From assembly GCF_006345805.1 (NCBI RefSeq), contig NC_043008.1, forward strand, positions 31,372,001 to 31,436,000: a stretch of DNA of 64,000 nucleotides, given 5' to 3'. The notes under the pieces were generated by a model. It ran no database searches. It was not told where the DNA came from and was given only the letters and a program-made list of their open reading frames with translations. Shown one piece after another: positions 1-35,799 of the stretch (its first letter is position 1; each line of letters starts with the position of its first letter). The DNA is from Octopus sinensis (lineage: Eukaryota). The translations under genes and the position numbers were made by a program.

Positions 1-1372
1 AATATCAAGACGCAAAATGAGAAAACCAAACTAGAGATGGCATCCTTTAGATGACATCATCTTTGAATTTTCAAACAAACTACTTAATGACAATGTGAAG
101 CCAGACCAATGGTCAGAGATAGGCTTGCTGCAGTCTTTCTTCATTCTTTGCTGCAGTCTTTGATAACTTTAGAAAGTTAATCCATTTAGTATTCAGATTA
201 CTCTGTCAAATGTAATGCTTCTTAAATTCACATCGTTTTGAATTTATTCTGTGTTATCTCATAGCTTTGAGATTTTAATGAAGTAATTCTTTAATTTCAG
301 AATGACATTGTAGGGTTGATATGAGAGGCCAGATCTAGCTAATTTGAATGTAAAACAAGTAGAATATTCAGGCCAGATACAAGTGCTAAGGGGTTAAAAT
401 TACTTTAAAGGCAATTTGTCTACCCTCTTTCCAATTTTCACTGGACCCCCATTGTTTATAAGAATCATTGCATTTGGATCCTTCCTTCTCTCCCTCATTC
501 CCTCCTTCCTTCCTTCCTTCCTTCCTTCCTTTTTATCCTCTGACCCTATGGTCATTGGGACATTCATTGATGATGTCGCAACCAGATTTTTCCACTTCTC
601 TCGATCTTTTGCTGCCCTCTGTGAGGTAGCAAAACTGATGCCTGTCCACTCTTGGTGTTAACCTAGGCAACAACCGATCGATCTAGTATGGGTTCTGGTT
701 TGGTTGTCATCATCATGAACACATAATGGGCAAGTTAGCTAAGAGGAGCTCATATCCATCTAAGCTGTTAACCACAACCATATGCCTCTACCAGACACAC
801 CCCTCAGCCCAAAACACTAGGCTACTGACCTGGACAGGTTCCTCCACCCTAGCAGGTGATTCCTTGTGAAACCTTACCTGGAGTCTTTCACCTTTTAGTA
901 CAGTGTTATCACCATCTGCTCACTTGGTTTAGCCCAGCATTTAAAGTGGAATACCAAGCTGTAGCGCTATGAGCCATCAAGTGAGAGATTAGGAGTTGGA
1001 CAAGGACTAGTGATGCCTGTCCCTCTGACCATCCCTAATAAAGTGCTGCTGCCAGACACCAAAAGTATTCCTTCTCTTCAGAATCCCCTACACTCCTTTT
1101 GGATACCTGCAAGAAATCATACTAATAATTTTCATAGTTACATAGTAATAGTCATGCACATAAACTGCTGTATAAAAACTTAGTATTTGTTATTCATTTG
1201 GAATAAGAGAATGAAGAATATTATATATAAGACAAAAAATAAAACAATAAAGATTGATAGTAAGCTAATAATAATATAGTTATGTTAATGTTGATATATT
1301 TAATGCCGGACCTCTTAAAAAAAAACTAACTAGAACAAATTATGCCATGGAGAGAGGAAAAAATATTAGTCC

Positions 1373-1770
1373 ACTAGAAAAGTACTCGGAGAGCGCAGGT
1401 CTCCGCCAAGCTCATTTTAAGATAGATACGCGAATAAAATTACTAAGAGAGAAACGAAAATAAACTTTGGAAACAACAACGCTGCCATAGGTTACGTGGA
1501 AACGATGAACGTGTTTTCAAGGGAGATAATCAAAGAATGTAACTACTTCATGCAAAGTAAACATAACAAATGAAAAATCCTTCAAGAATCCATAAAAATT
1601 TCCGGATCACTACCAAAATTTCATCATCTGTTCCTTGTGTCATCACCAACTTTTTCAGCAAGTTTCATCAAATACTATTCACAACTTTTTGAGTAATTTT
1701 GCCCACATACGGACAGACGAACAAACCAACACCAATGAAAACATAACTTCCTTCCTTGGTGGAGGTAATA
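1373..1770 (-). mobile_element. Non-autonomous Helentron-derived element (HINE/DINE-1-like)
   Basis: Minus strand starts ATTACCTCCACCAAGG...TTATGTTTTC, has a GTCTGTCC core and ends CTTGGCGGAGACCTGCGCTCTCCGAGTACTTTTCTAGT. Subterminal inverted repeat CTCCRCCAAG/CTTGGYGGAG. Confidence 0.7.
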
Positions 1771-1973
1771 ATTAATGCTGTTTTAATTTTTCTATCAAGT
1801 ATCAGAGGAGATAACTTTGTACATGCTTTGATCTGATTCTGACCTCATTAGTTAAGGCATTGCTGTATTTGCAGAAGCAGTGAAGAAAGAATCACTGTAT
1901 GTTATTGTCATATTTTAAACATCACAACATCCCTGTGTGAACATAAAATACACACACACACTGAACCATAATA

Positions 1974-2021
<48 letters not shown>

Positions 2022-2024
<3 letters not shown>

Positions 2025-3895
2025 TGATACCTCACAGTATGAGTTTAATTCGTTCCATGACCAAGCTTGTTTTACGATTTACTTGTTTTCAAATCAATTT
2101 TCCCTATTGAAATTATTTAAGATATAATTAACCCATTCCATCCCACCAAAATCACCCAAAAATAATTTTTTATGGATTTTAAAACAGAAAAGTTGTAGTT
2201 ACAAGTAAAATGATAATTATAAAAAAGAGAGTGCAAAAGAATATGTAAACTGGCTTTATAAATTGAATTTCCTTAAAGGTGGAATGATTTGTGCATAACA
2301 AAGACGATAAAGTGGAGAGAAGAGGATTACTTTTGGAAGGGGAATCTCCTTCCATTAAGACTTCATGAAGAACAATTTGTGGTGTTTTCTTTCTCACTTC
2401 ACTTAATTTAGGCTTTTTGGATACACTTTCTTCACTTTCTACACTTGCAGGTCGTTTCATTAGAAACATATCAAGAGAAGTCTGCTTTTTCCTGCCTTTC
2501 AAAATGTCATGGAAATGCACCAGAACAGTGTCATTAAATAAAGCAGCTGCACGACCTGTAGCTACTTTTTCCGGATGATATTTTTCAGAAACATACTGCC
2601 ACTTTGCCAATACTGCCTTTATGTCTCTCGTAGAGATAGCATTCTCTGCTACACTGCCAAGCCATAGCGATGATTTTTCAGGCAGTTTATAATATTATAA
2701 AAGGGTTAGATATGTATTTTTGGTGACTTCAAAGCACCGACAAAACAGGTGTTTGGTGATCACCTGTTGGTCCATGGGTTGCAAGATAGGGGTGGTGTTG
2801 CATGAAAGGGACATAACTTTTATAAATTTAGATTCGTCCAGGATATCATCTTTGAGGCTAGGAGGGTGAGCAGGAGCATAGTTGAGAATGAGGAGGACCT
2901 TGAGAGGAAGATTGTTTCACTGCTGGTCCGAAGACAAGGTTGACCCACTCAGAGAAAGGATTTTGTGCGACTTGAATGCTCATGGGTTTTCAGAATGGTA
3001 GACAAGGAGTGGCTTAATCTTCAAGTCTCCACTCACATTGGCATATAGGGTAAGAGTTAGCCTATCTTTCATAGGTTTGTGGCTTGGCATCTTCTTTTCC
3101 TCTGCAATTATATAGGTTCTTCTGGGTATTTTTTCCAAAAAAGGCCAATTTCATCGCAGTTGAATACCTGTTGTGTGATGTATCCCTCAGCTGCGATGAG
3201 CTGACAGAATTCACACATGAAATTTTCAGCTGCCTTCATATCTGAACATGCTGCGGTCATGCTTTCTCACAGATGATGATCTCCGTAATCGTATCCCCTG
3301 CAAGTTGTCTCTCGGTGATCCACAGGGAAAGCAAATTTTTCATCCTTTTGTGGACAGATGTGTGTTGCTGAGAGATACACTTTGCTGTTGTAATAGACTT
3401 GATCTCATCCTTTTTCTTTAGGACAGTGCAGATCGGGGATGTGCTTCAGTGGTATTGACGTGCTATGTCCACTACACACACTCCTCTCTCAGGTTTATCA
3501 ATGATTTCCTTCTTCAATTCTATCACAATCAGCTTCTTCTTCTTCTTCTTCTTCTTCTTCTCAGCACTGTCATTTGCACTAACATTCTTGGGACTCATGG
3601 CTAACACAACTAATTATTATAAAATAATAGCAAAAAATGCACAAAACCAAACAAAAACACTGGGGAAAACATAACAGGCGATGCTGCCATGAGATAAATA
3701 CATGAAGTTAGCAAGTGGAGACTGCCCTTGTTGGGAGAACATGTGTGAGCTCAGTGCTGATTAGCTGTTGCCTGTATGAAACTCACTCACACTCTAGATT
3801 TCCGCTCATGCTTCAAGACAAAAATTCACAAGAGTTCCGACTCGTACAGCAAACTACTTGTACAATGGTGCATGTGTACTGCAAGGGTCTACTGT
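2022..3895 (-). mobile_element. Decayed Tigger/pogo DNA transposon
   Basis: Broken transposase from ATG at about 3598 (MSPK...IELKKEII, CENP-B-type HTH), QVFNCDEIGLFWKKIPRRTYI...HKPMKDRLTL at about 3050-3175, C-terminus KGRKKQTSLDMF (ORF 2179-2610). Degenerate CAGT... termini flanked by TA. Confidence 0.85.
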
Positions 3896-3902
3896 ATGTT
3901 TG

Positions 3903-3966
<64 letters not shown>

Positions 3967-4153
3967 GATGGATATGTGCATGTATATATACACATAATCG
4001 CACAGTTACCAGACACAGATAATTTGGTCAGTAAAATAATCCAAATACTGTTCCATAAAGGTGTGATGATGATATTTTTATCACGTCAGCAATATTGGTG
4101 TGAATGACATTGTTTATATATAATTTAAACATTGATAAATGCTCATTCCCCAC

Positions 4154-4198
<45 letters not shown>

Positions 4199-4461
4199 TT
4201 CTCTTTCGCTTTTCTCTCTTACAGACTTTGACTCATAAATTGTGGTACTTTACATAAAACTTTAATAAGTTGTACATGTATTTGTATATGTGTATATATG
4301 TGTATGCATACACATATGCACACATACATACAAACATATGTACATTTATATAATCATGTGTGTTTGTCACTATGTTACAATGTAATTAAATCTGCATCAT
4401 GGTTTCTCATAGATTCTATGGAGTATAGATACCATTTGAAAGAGAGACAGCATTAGGAACA

Positions 4462-4497
<36 letters not shown>

Positions 4498-7400
4498 TGT
4501 ATGTATGTGTGTGTGTGTGTAGTTCACTCATCTGTAGAAATGAGTTGTGATGTCACTGGTGCCAAGCTGTATTGGCCTTTGCCTTTCCCTTGGATAACAT
4601 TGGTGGTGTAAAGAGGGGAGGCTGGTATGCATGGGCAATTGCTAGTCTTCCATAAACAACTTTGCCCAGACTTGTCTTGGTGGGGAACTTTCTTGGTGCA
4701 ATCCCATGGTTATTCATGACTAAAGGGGGTCTTTACCCTTTACTCTTCTTTATATATATATATCATTGTCATCATCATCATCATTTAACATCTGTTGTCC
4801 ATACTGGCATGGGTTGGGCAGTTTGACTGGGCTGGCATGGTAAAAGGCTGCGCCAGACTCCAGACTTGATGCGTCTTCTTCCCAAGCATGATATAATGCC
4901 AAAGGTCTTGCTCATTGCCTCCGTGAGGCTCAACACTTGAAAGGAACTCAACCACCTCACCTCCATAAGGCCCAACACTTGAAAAGAACTCAGCCATTTT
5001 GCCTCCCATAACAGTTTGATTCAGGTTCTGGACTACTTGTGAAATGAAAATTTAAATTTCCACCAGCTTGAGGAGAACCCCTATTAGGGGCTTTGAAACT
5101 TGAAATAGCCTAGAATCTGAATCAAACTGTTTTCAACAATACATGTAACTCCAAATAAATGTGTTGAGCACCCTTTCCTTCATTTGTAGACTCACTCATA
5201 TATATATATTTACACATACATACATATATTCTTTTATTTGTTTTAGTCATTTGACTGTGGCCATTCTGAAGCACCTCCTTAAAGAATTTTAGTTGAACAA
5301 ATCAACCACAGGACTTATTTTTAAAGCCTAGTACTTATTCTATTGGTCTCTTTTGCCAAACTACTATGTTACAGGGACACAAACACACTAACACCGGTTT
5401 TCATCATCTGACAAACTATATGCTTATACATATGTTTTATTTAGTCAGTGGTTGAGGGGCAGAGCCCATTAACATTTTGCGTTCCTTCTCAGAATAGTTT
5501 TATCGATGTCATAAAAATTAATTTCATATCTGTTCGCATCAATGTCTACAAGACAAAAAGAGGAAAACTGGATGTGGAAGGAAAGAGGAAGACGCACCAC
5601 TGTAATATTTAAGATAAGAAGAAATGGAAAGGGGACAAGTGTATTAGAGAATCGTTAGATTCAGAAATGTAGATGCCTTATAGAAGTAGAAAAGAGAAGC
5701 AAAGAAAAGAAACTGTTCACTGGTGGATGTACCGTATTTTTGGTTGGTTATGTGCCAAATGTTTGTGTGGGAAGCAGCAACATTATTTCAGATCAGTACT
5801 CCGATGTGATGACATGAATCACATTTGAGCCTTGTAGAGAAACAGCACCTGATCTTGTATGTAAAGAATCAGAATTATTGTTGACCCCAAAGAGGGATTT
5901 TAATCTTCAGAATGAAGTACTAACAATGTTATATTTCTGAAGTATCTGTACTGTACTTTATTTCCTAAAATGGAAAATTTTAGAAAAGAAAGTAAACAGG
6001 CTTGGTTGTGTGGTTAGAAGCTTGCCTCCCAACCACATGGTTTTGGGTTCAGTTCCACTGCATGGCAACTTGGGGAAGTGTCTTTTACTTTAGCCTCGAG
6101 CTGACCAAAGACTTGTGAGTGGATTTGAGAGATGGAAACTGAAAGAAAGCTATTGTGTGTGTGTATGCGCGTGCGATACTACCAGTAAGGATAATGCTTG
6201 CTTGAAGTTGAAACGGTAACGTTTGTTATAGTCGTCTACATCCATCGAAGCCATTTATTCGTTCTAACATTTGATAGATAAGTTATTGACCAGTGAAGGG
6301 GCAACCGAAACAATGATGAAGCTGAAAGAGAAGGGATCCAACTTACCGGAAACTTTACGCATCGTTTCGTGGAAAGAAGGTTTGCCAGAACCTGATTGCA
6401 GTCTGCTTCAGTTTTCGGCAGCAGACATGTATGGTGAGTAATAGAGGTCAATATGTGGCTCCATAAAAAAGCAGTGGTGGTTTGGCTGCATGACTACTAG
6501 GGTTCTCGAAGTAAACGGTCGAATTTGGTCAGCGCAATGCTTATAGTAGAAGACACTTGTTGCAAAACAAGTTTCTTAACTACACAGCTCACTCCCGCGC
6601 GTGTGTGCATGTTGCTACTGTCAAGGATAGCGCTTGCTTAAAATTTCAACCAAACCCTTACTCACTCTCTCTCTCTCTTTGTTTGGGATTCGTCTACATC
6701 CATCATAGTCACTTAATCGTAACAGCAAAAGTTAAAAAAAAAAAAAACTAGAAAACTGTACTCTTCTGTGCAGGGTTATGCAGAACATTTCCATCCTGGG
6801 TAGCTACAATATTTGTATTTAGTGTACACAACGCTTCCCTAAGCTAGTTTCCTTTCGGTCATATTCTTTTGATAATCATAATCAAGGTTGCTATATTCCT
6901 TCTATTTCTTTTTGTATTGATCACTGATTGTCTTGCCAGTGAGGTTAGCATATGTCTCGCTAAAGAAACCGCTCGCCTATCCCAGTTAGTATTTTCTGTC
7001 TAAAATTTCCAAACGGCTAATAACTGTAGTTATCTCCCTTGCATCGTATTACATTTTAGATTTTGTAATACTCTTAAACGGATTTTTTATCTACTGTTTG
7101 CTTAGAAAACCGTAGTAGTTTATCAACTCATTATATTACATAAGTGAGACCCTAACCTAATTATAAATTCTGCTTTTTCTAGTATTAAAGCCAGCATTCA
7201 AATCAAGCTAAGTGGCTCCCATCACATTTCTGCAGTTTGCGTCTGAATTTTTTTCATTTGTTTTTCCCTACTCTTTGTCCGTTTCGGTCTGAGGCATTCT
7301 TTACGGGAATGAAACGATTTGACACAGCTGACAAGATATTCAGCTTCTTTTCGAGATAGTACGTTTGGGTGCTGAAAGTAAATATACGCATGCATACACA

Positions 7401-9389
7401 CGCAGAAATCTACACATACAGACAGAACGAGGGAGGGAAAGAGACATTACACATACATACAAGCATAACTAGATCCTCACACAGATAAACAGAGAGGAAA
7501 CGAGAAAGAGAGGAGGAGGGGGAAGGAAGGAAGGAAGGAAGAGAAATGGAGTTTTTAGCAGCTGATCTATCCTGTGTATCCTTAAATTGTTAGCTGGTCC
7601 AGTATTGTCGGTAGGAGTTTTTCCAATGTTTTTTTCTGGTGGATTTAGTAGAAGTCCGTTTTAAATTTATGATTTCTTTGGGAGGCAGTTGAAACAATTG
7701 AGAACTTCTGAATATCAGACTAGTCCAGTAAATTATTTTTGCTCATGATTTCAAAAGTAGTATATTTTTCTTTTCCTTTTTTTTAAAATCTTTTTACTTG
7801 TTTCAGTTATTTTGATGGCGGTCATGCTGGGGCACTGCTTTGAAGAACTTTAGTCATGCGAATCGACCCCAGAACTTATTTTATTCCTTTTTATTTAAAG
7901 CCTGGTCTTTTCCCCCGAACCTTCAAGTTACGGGGACATAAACACACCAACACTCGTTATCAAGCAGTGATGGACAAACACACACACACACACGACACTT
8001 GCCCAAGGTACCACGGAGTGGGACTAAACCCAAACCATGTGGTTGGGAAGCAAACTTCTGACCACACAGCCACGCCTTCACCAATATATTTGGAAACTGA
8101 CAGAATCTTACAGTTTGTGCATTAGAATTCTATCTAATGCCAAAATTGGGAACATGCCCCTTTGGGATTTTCCATGCGTATATGATATTATATATATCTC
8201 TCACTTCAGCATTCAAGAGAATAGAGACACAGAGCTTTCAGTCCAGTATTCCCTTCTCAGTTAACATCTTACAAACACAGTGTGTAACACGATTTTTGTC
8301 CTTGGGTAGCATCAGTTATTTCCTATTTGCTTACCTCTAGAAAGTGTGAAAAACGGCTATTTCCTTCAAACTTTGCTTTTGTTACATTTATTCAAACCCC
8401 AAAGAATCCCTCTCACCACATGGCTCTGATCCTGATCAGACATGCACATATTGTTAGCCACTAAGAGATAAACAACTGACAAGCAAATCTGTGACATTGA
8501 GTAGAATATTTGTTATAACGATATTTCTGCTTCAGCAGCTCAGTGCTGAATATGTCTGAAATGTGATGGAATATTGGTCAGTTTTAAAATATTGATGTTC
8601 AGGTCACAAAAGCAATGTTTAAAGGGAATAGTACTAATTTCTTTTGATTTCTAGAAAGAAGCAAATAGAAAATAGCACTTACAGGCCAAAGACAATAAAT
8701 AAATAAATAAATGCAAATTCTGATACACAGAATAATTATTGAGTCAGTCTATTTTTGATCACTATTTGTTACCTTTTAGTTTTTATTTTTCAACCAAACA
8801 AGATATGTATTTGTTAGTGACCCAGTTATTCTACAGATCTGATCAAAACCCTGCATTTTATTTCATGTTTCTGTTTTTATGAATTGTATGAATGTGATAC
8901 ATGGACTTACACAAAGACACATGAAGAGGAAATCGTCAAAGATGTTTCCACAAAATTCTTGATGCTTTCTTAAAGGACTACCAGACCAAAATGTTAGTCT
9001 TTGAACAACTTCAAGTGTTGGTTGGGAAGGAAAACAGATTTATAGAAGCCAGCATGGAAATCATAATAAACCCCACCCCTTCTCTCTGTACGTTTTTTTT
9101 TTTCCATTATAAATTCCGAAGTCACCATTTCCAGACGGAACTCTTATATGAAACTTTAAATATTTATGCTTTAATTATATAGTTTGCAATAATTAATTCA
9201 GAAAATATTAGCCTTTAAAAAAAATTTATTATCACTTTATTAAAGGTCAATTATTAAACATAAGATGTGATGAGCAAGACAGTCAGACAGATGATAGATA
9301 GATAGATACGTATGTACTTTTAGTTAAATTTGAATGTATGCACTACACTACTGCCATAAAAGCAAGAGAACTGTATTGAGGTCTAAAAT

Positions 9390-31715
<22,326 letters not shown>

Positions 31716-31864
31716 ATTTTGAATTAGTTCTTCTCAAGTTTGTTTCGCGCCAGCCTGTGTAAAATCATATGTATTTATACAGAAACGCAAATTTATTTGT
31801 GCATATGGATATGTGTATACGTATATGTAAATGTGTGTGTGTGAGAGTTAATATGTGCGCACAC

Positions 31865-31912
<48 letters not shown>

Positions 31913-32713
31913 ACGCACGTGAGCGTGTGTTTGTGTAAACTCTACTTATGTATGAAAAGTGAGGACGTAGAGGTCAAAACAACGGAAATCGAATCTCGTA
32001 TCAACTATTAAGTGGATCTTATCTTTAACAGTTCATATCAAACAAATGGCAACTGAACCAAATACACAAACACATTTATTCACACACCAACACGCACGCG
32101 CGTGCATAGTCTCCCTGAATCACACTCATACACATATTTATTAACAAAAGCACTACAAATATCTGAATACGTCTAGACCAGCTGTGTTTTCAGACATGAC
32201 ATCCTGAAGCAAAGCCAATGCTAAAAAAAAATACACTTTTATTAAATATATTCAGTGAGCTGTAAGACTATTAGAGCATAACTTCACTTTGATTTCTATG
32301 TAATAAAAAAAAAGTGGAACTCCAGCAGTTCACCAACCAAACTATTTGAGAAAATGTAGCAATTTACTTAAGAAATTTATTTCATGACATATCAAAATAA
32401 AATGCGTAGTTTAGCATATATATATATATATATATAATTTTAATCCAAACGGGAAACAAAAAAACACAACAACAATGGAACAATTACAGTATTATTATTA
32501 ATAGGCGCTCAGGAAATGGAAGCAGGGAGGTATGACGTTTCAGGCGGAGCTCTTCGTCGGAAACATAAAGAAGGAAGAGAGAGGAAAGAAAGATCCCAGA
32601 GCGGGCAACAGGGAAAGAGAAAAAAGACGACTGGTGTTTACGAGTTGCACATGGTGAAAGGCGGATGTTTACGAAAACAGAGCAAAGTGGGTTTTTAAAG
32701 GCAAAAGAGTGGA

Positions 32714-33560
<847 letters not shown>

Positions 33561-35299
33561 TTTTGATTAGTATATATAGATTTGTTATGATCACTAATTT
33601 TAGCTTATGATATAAGGGTATGTGAAATATTTTATAATATGTAGTGGGGTTACTATATAAATTTATTTTTATGTATTTATTAATCTTATAGATTTTTAGA
33701 ATATATTTAATAATAAGTGGTTTTTAATCATTTAATTTATTTTGTATTAAGTTTCATTTATCATAGTTATTTTATTAATAAATATTATAGTATAGAGAGA
33801 TTTTATTCTTTATTTGTGAATTCATTCTTTTTACAATGATAAACATATAATTTTCCATTCATAATCTTTAATTAACGTAGGTTCCTCACGCGCAAAGAAT
33901 TCCTCAACAATTTATTCTATATTTTTTGCTAATAACGTAATTCCTTGAGTATTCTTTTAAACGCTGTATAAGACGTTTTTTGATTCAAAATTATAGTTCA
34001 TTGTTTAAAACTCGCCAAGAAAAGTATGTATCGTTTAAGATCTTCAAATTGTTAATTTTTAATATTGTATAAGCCTTTGGAGTAATAATATTCTCCTTAT
34101 GTAAATATTGTTATTTATGTAATGATCTAATTATCGTAATTTTCTATGTTATTAGATATTAAATAAATTAGATAAACTTTGATAAAATTAGATATGTTTC
34201 GACTAAAGATGGTCTAGGCCATGTCTTATTTAATAGCATAATTTATATTAGATAATAATTCCCATTCATAATTATGTTTATAGTACTTATAGTATTTATT
34301 TAATACTATATTACTAAGAATTGAATATTTCTATAAGTATTTTACATAAGATTTCGAAAGTCAGTTTAAGTTAGTTTATTTGTATTTTGAAATTAGCTAT
34401 TTCATCTTTAAATATGAAAAATTAAATTTATTAGGTTTTCATTATATACAATTGTTTATAGAGATTATTTTAGATCTTGATTATAATATTTATATATTTT
34501 TTCATTGATAATTTATATATATAGTCATTTTAAATATTTATGTAATTAGATATAGACTAATATTGATATTAGAATATGGGTTTTCTACCTTATAAATTAA
34601 AGTTAATATTTAACATTATAGTCGATTTCGATATAATCATATTTAATAATAGAGTTTATTATAAATAAATTATTGTTTTAGATTATATATATTATTTATA
34701 TCTTAAAAATATTGATTATATTTTAGATTTTGAAACCACCTGATGAATGAAAATCGACCTCACATACACAAAACGTGTGCGTTGTTAGTTCATGGGTCGG
34801 CTGCGTTTTAGTCATAAGAGATTGTATTACTCGATACACCTGATGTTAAAAACACCTGAAAGTAAGTCATAGGTAAGCGAGACAGCTCACATGAGGGCCT
34901 TTCCCGGAGCAACAGACATCGATGATTTGCCATTGTTGTTTTTAACACCAAGCGCATCGAGGTATATATTCTCTTACACATAAAACGCAGCCGACCTACG
35001 AACTAACAACACACTCACCTTGTGTATGTGTGTTCGATTATATATATATATATGAGATCCTAAACGAAGATGGGTGGTTGGAGAGGCACTGCTTGAAGGT
35101 GCTTCTGGAACATCCGCTGTATTTTCGAATGCTGTTGTTGGCATTGCTGCTTTTGTTGATGTTGTTGACACAACTACTTCTGTTGTTGTCGATACTAGTG
35201 TTGGCATTGTGAATGCTGGCGTAGCGACATCATCGGTGTTGGCGCTCTTGATGTCATTCGTTGTTGGTGACTCCGTTAGTGCTGCTATAACCATCTTGT

Positions 35300-35552
35300 G
35301 AAAGGTAGGAGAGTCCAGTTTGCTGGACATTGTTGTAGAGCTGAAAAAGAAGTAATTTCTACTCTTCTCTTCTGGAAGCCATCTACTCGCAATACCAGAG
35401 GGCGCACACTCTCCTACCCTGATGTAATCTCCAGGGATACAGGCATCCAGCAACAGGACCTCCGTAATGCCATGATGGACCGTGAAGTCTGGCGTAGCAT
35501 GGTAAATTCCATTGTCTCGACCACGGTCGAACAATGATGATGATGATGATAA
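35300..35552 (+). mobile_element. RTE-type LINE 3' end with (GAT)n tail
   Basis: RRVQFAGHCCR...LLFWKP...GRTLSYPDVISRDTG...AMMDREVWR. Similar RTE ends at about 54900-55240 and 58620-58900. Confidence 0.75.
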
Positions 35553-35799
35553 CCATCGTCATTGTTGGAGCTTTGTCGACGCTATAGTTGTGGTGGTTGT
35601 TGTTTATGTTATCATTACTAGAATTATCATTAGCAATGGTGTTGCTGCTATTTCTGCTACAGCCGTAGCTGCTGGAAAAGTTACTTCTGCTATTAGAGTC
35701 AGATATCACTTCAGCTTCGTATACGACATCCTTGGTTTCGCATTGACCTCCTGCTGGGCATCTGCTGTTGTCCTTGCATAAGCAACCCGCCTCCGCTCG

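Noticed and set aside
2179-2610. TIGD-like ORF as a domesticated gene
   Set aside because: The upstream transposase is broken by stops, frameshifts and deletions.
4916-5008. 42 bp imperfect tandem repeat
   Set aside because: Appears to be an internal repeat of a retroposon fragment, with no independent function evident.
5780-5965. Candidate minus-strand coding exon after a strong acceptor
   Set aside because: Stops in all three frames within about 65 nt and no recognisable homology.
34974-35534. 186 aa Thr/Ala-rich mucin-like ORF on the minus strand
   Set aside because: Composite of an antisense RTE 3' end and degenerate (GTT/GCT)n repeats; no signal peptide or splice support.
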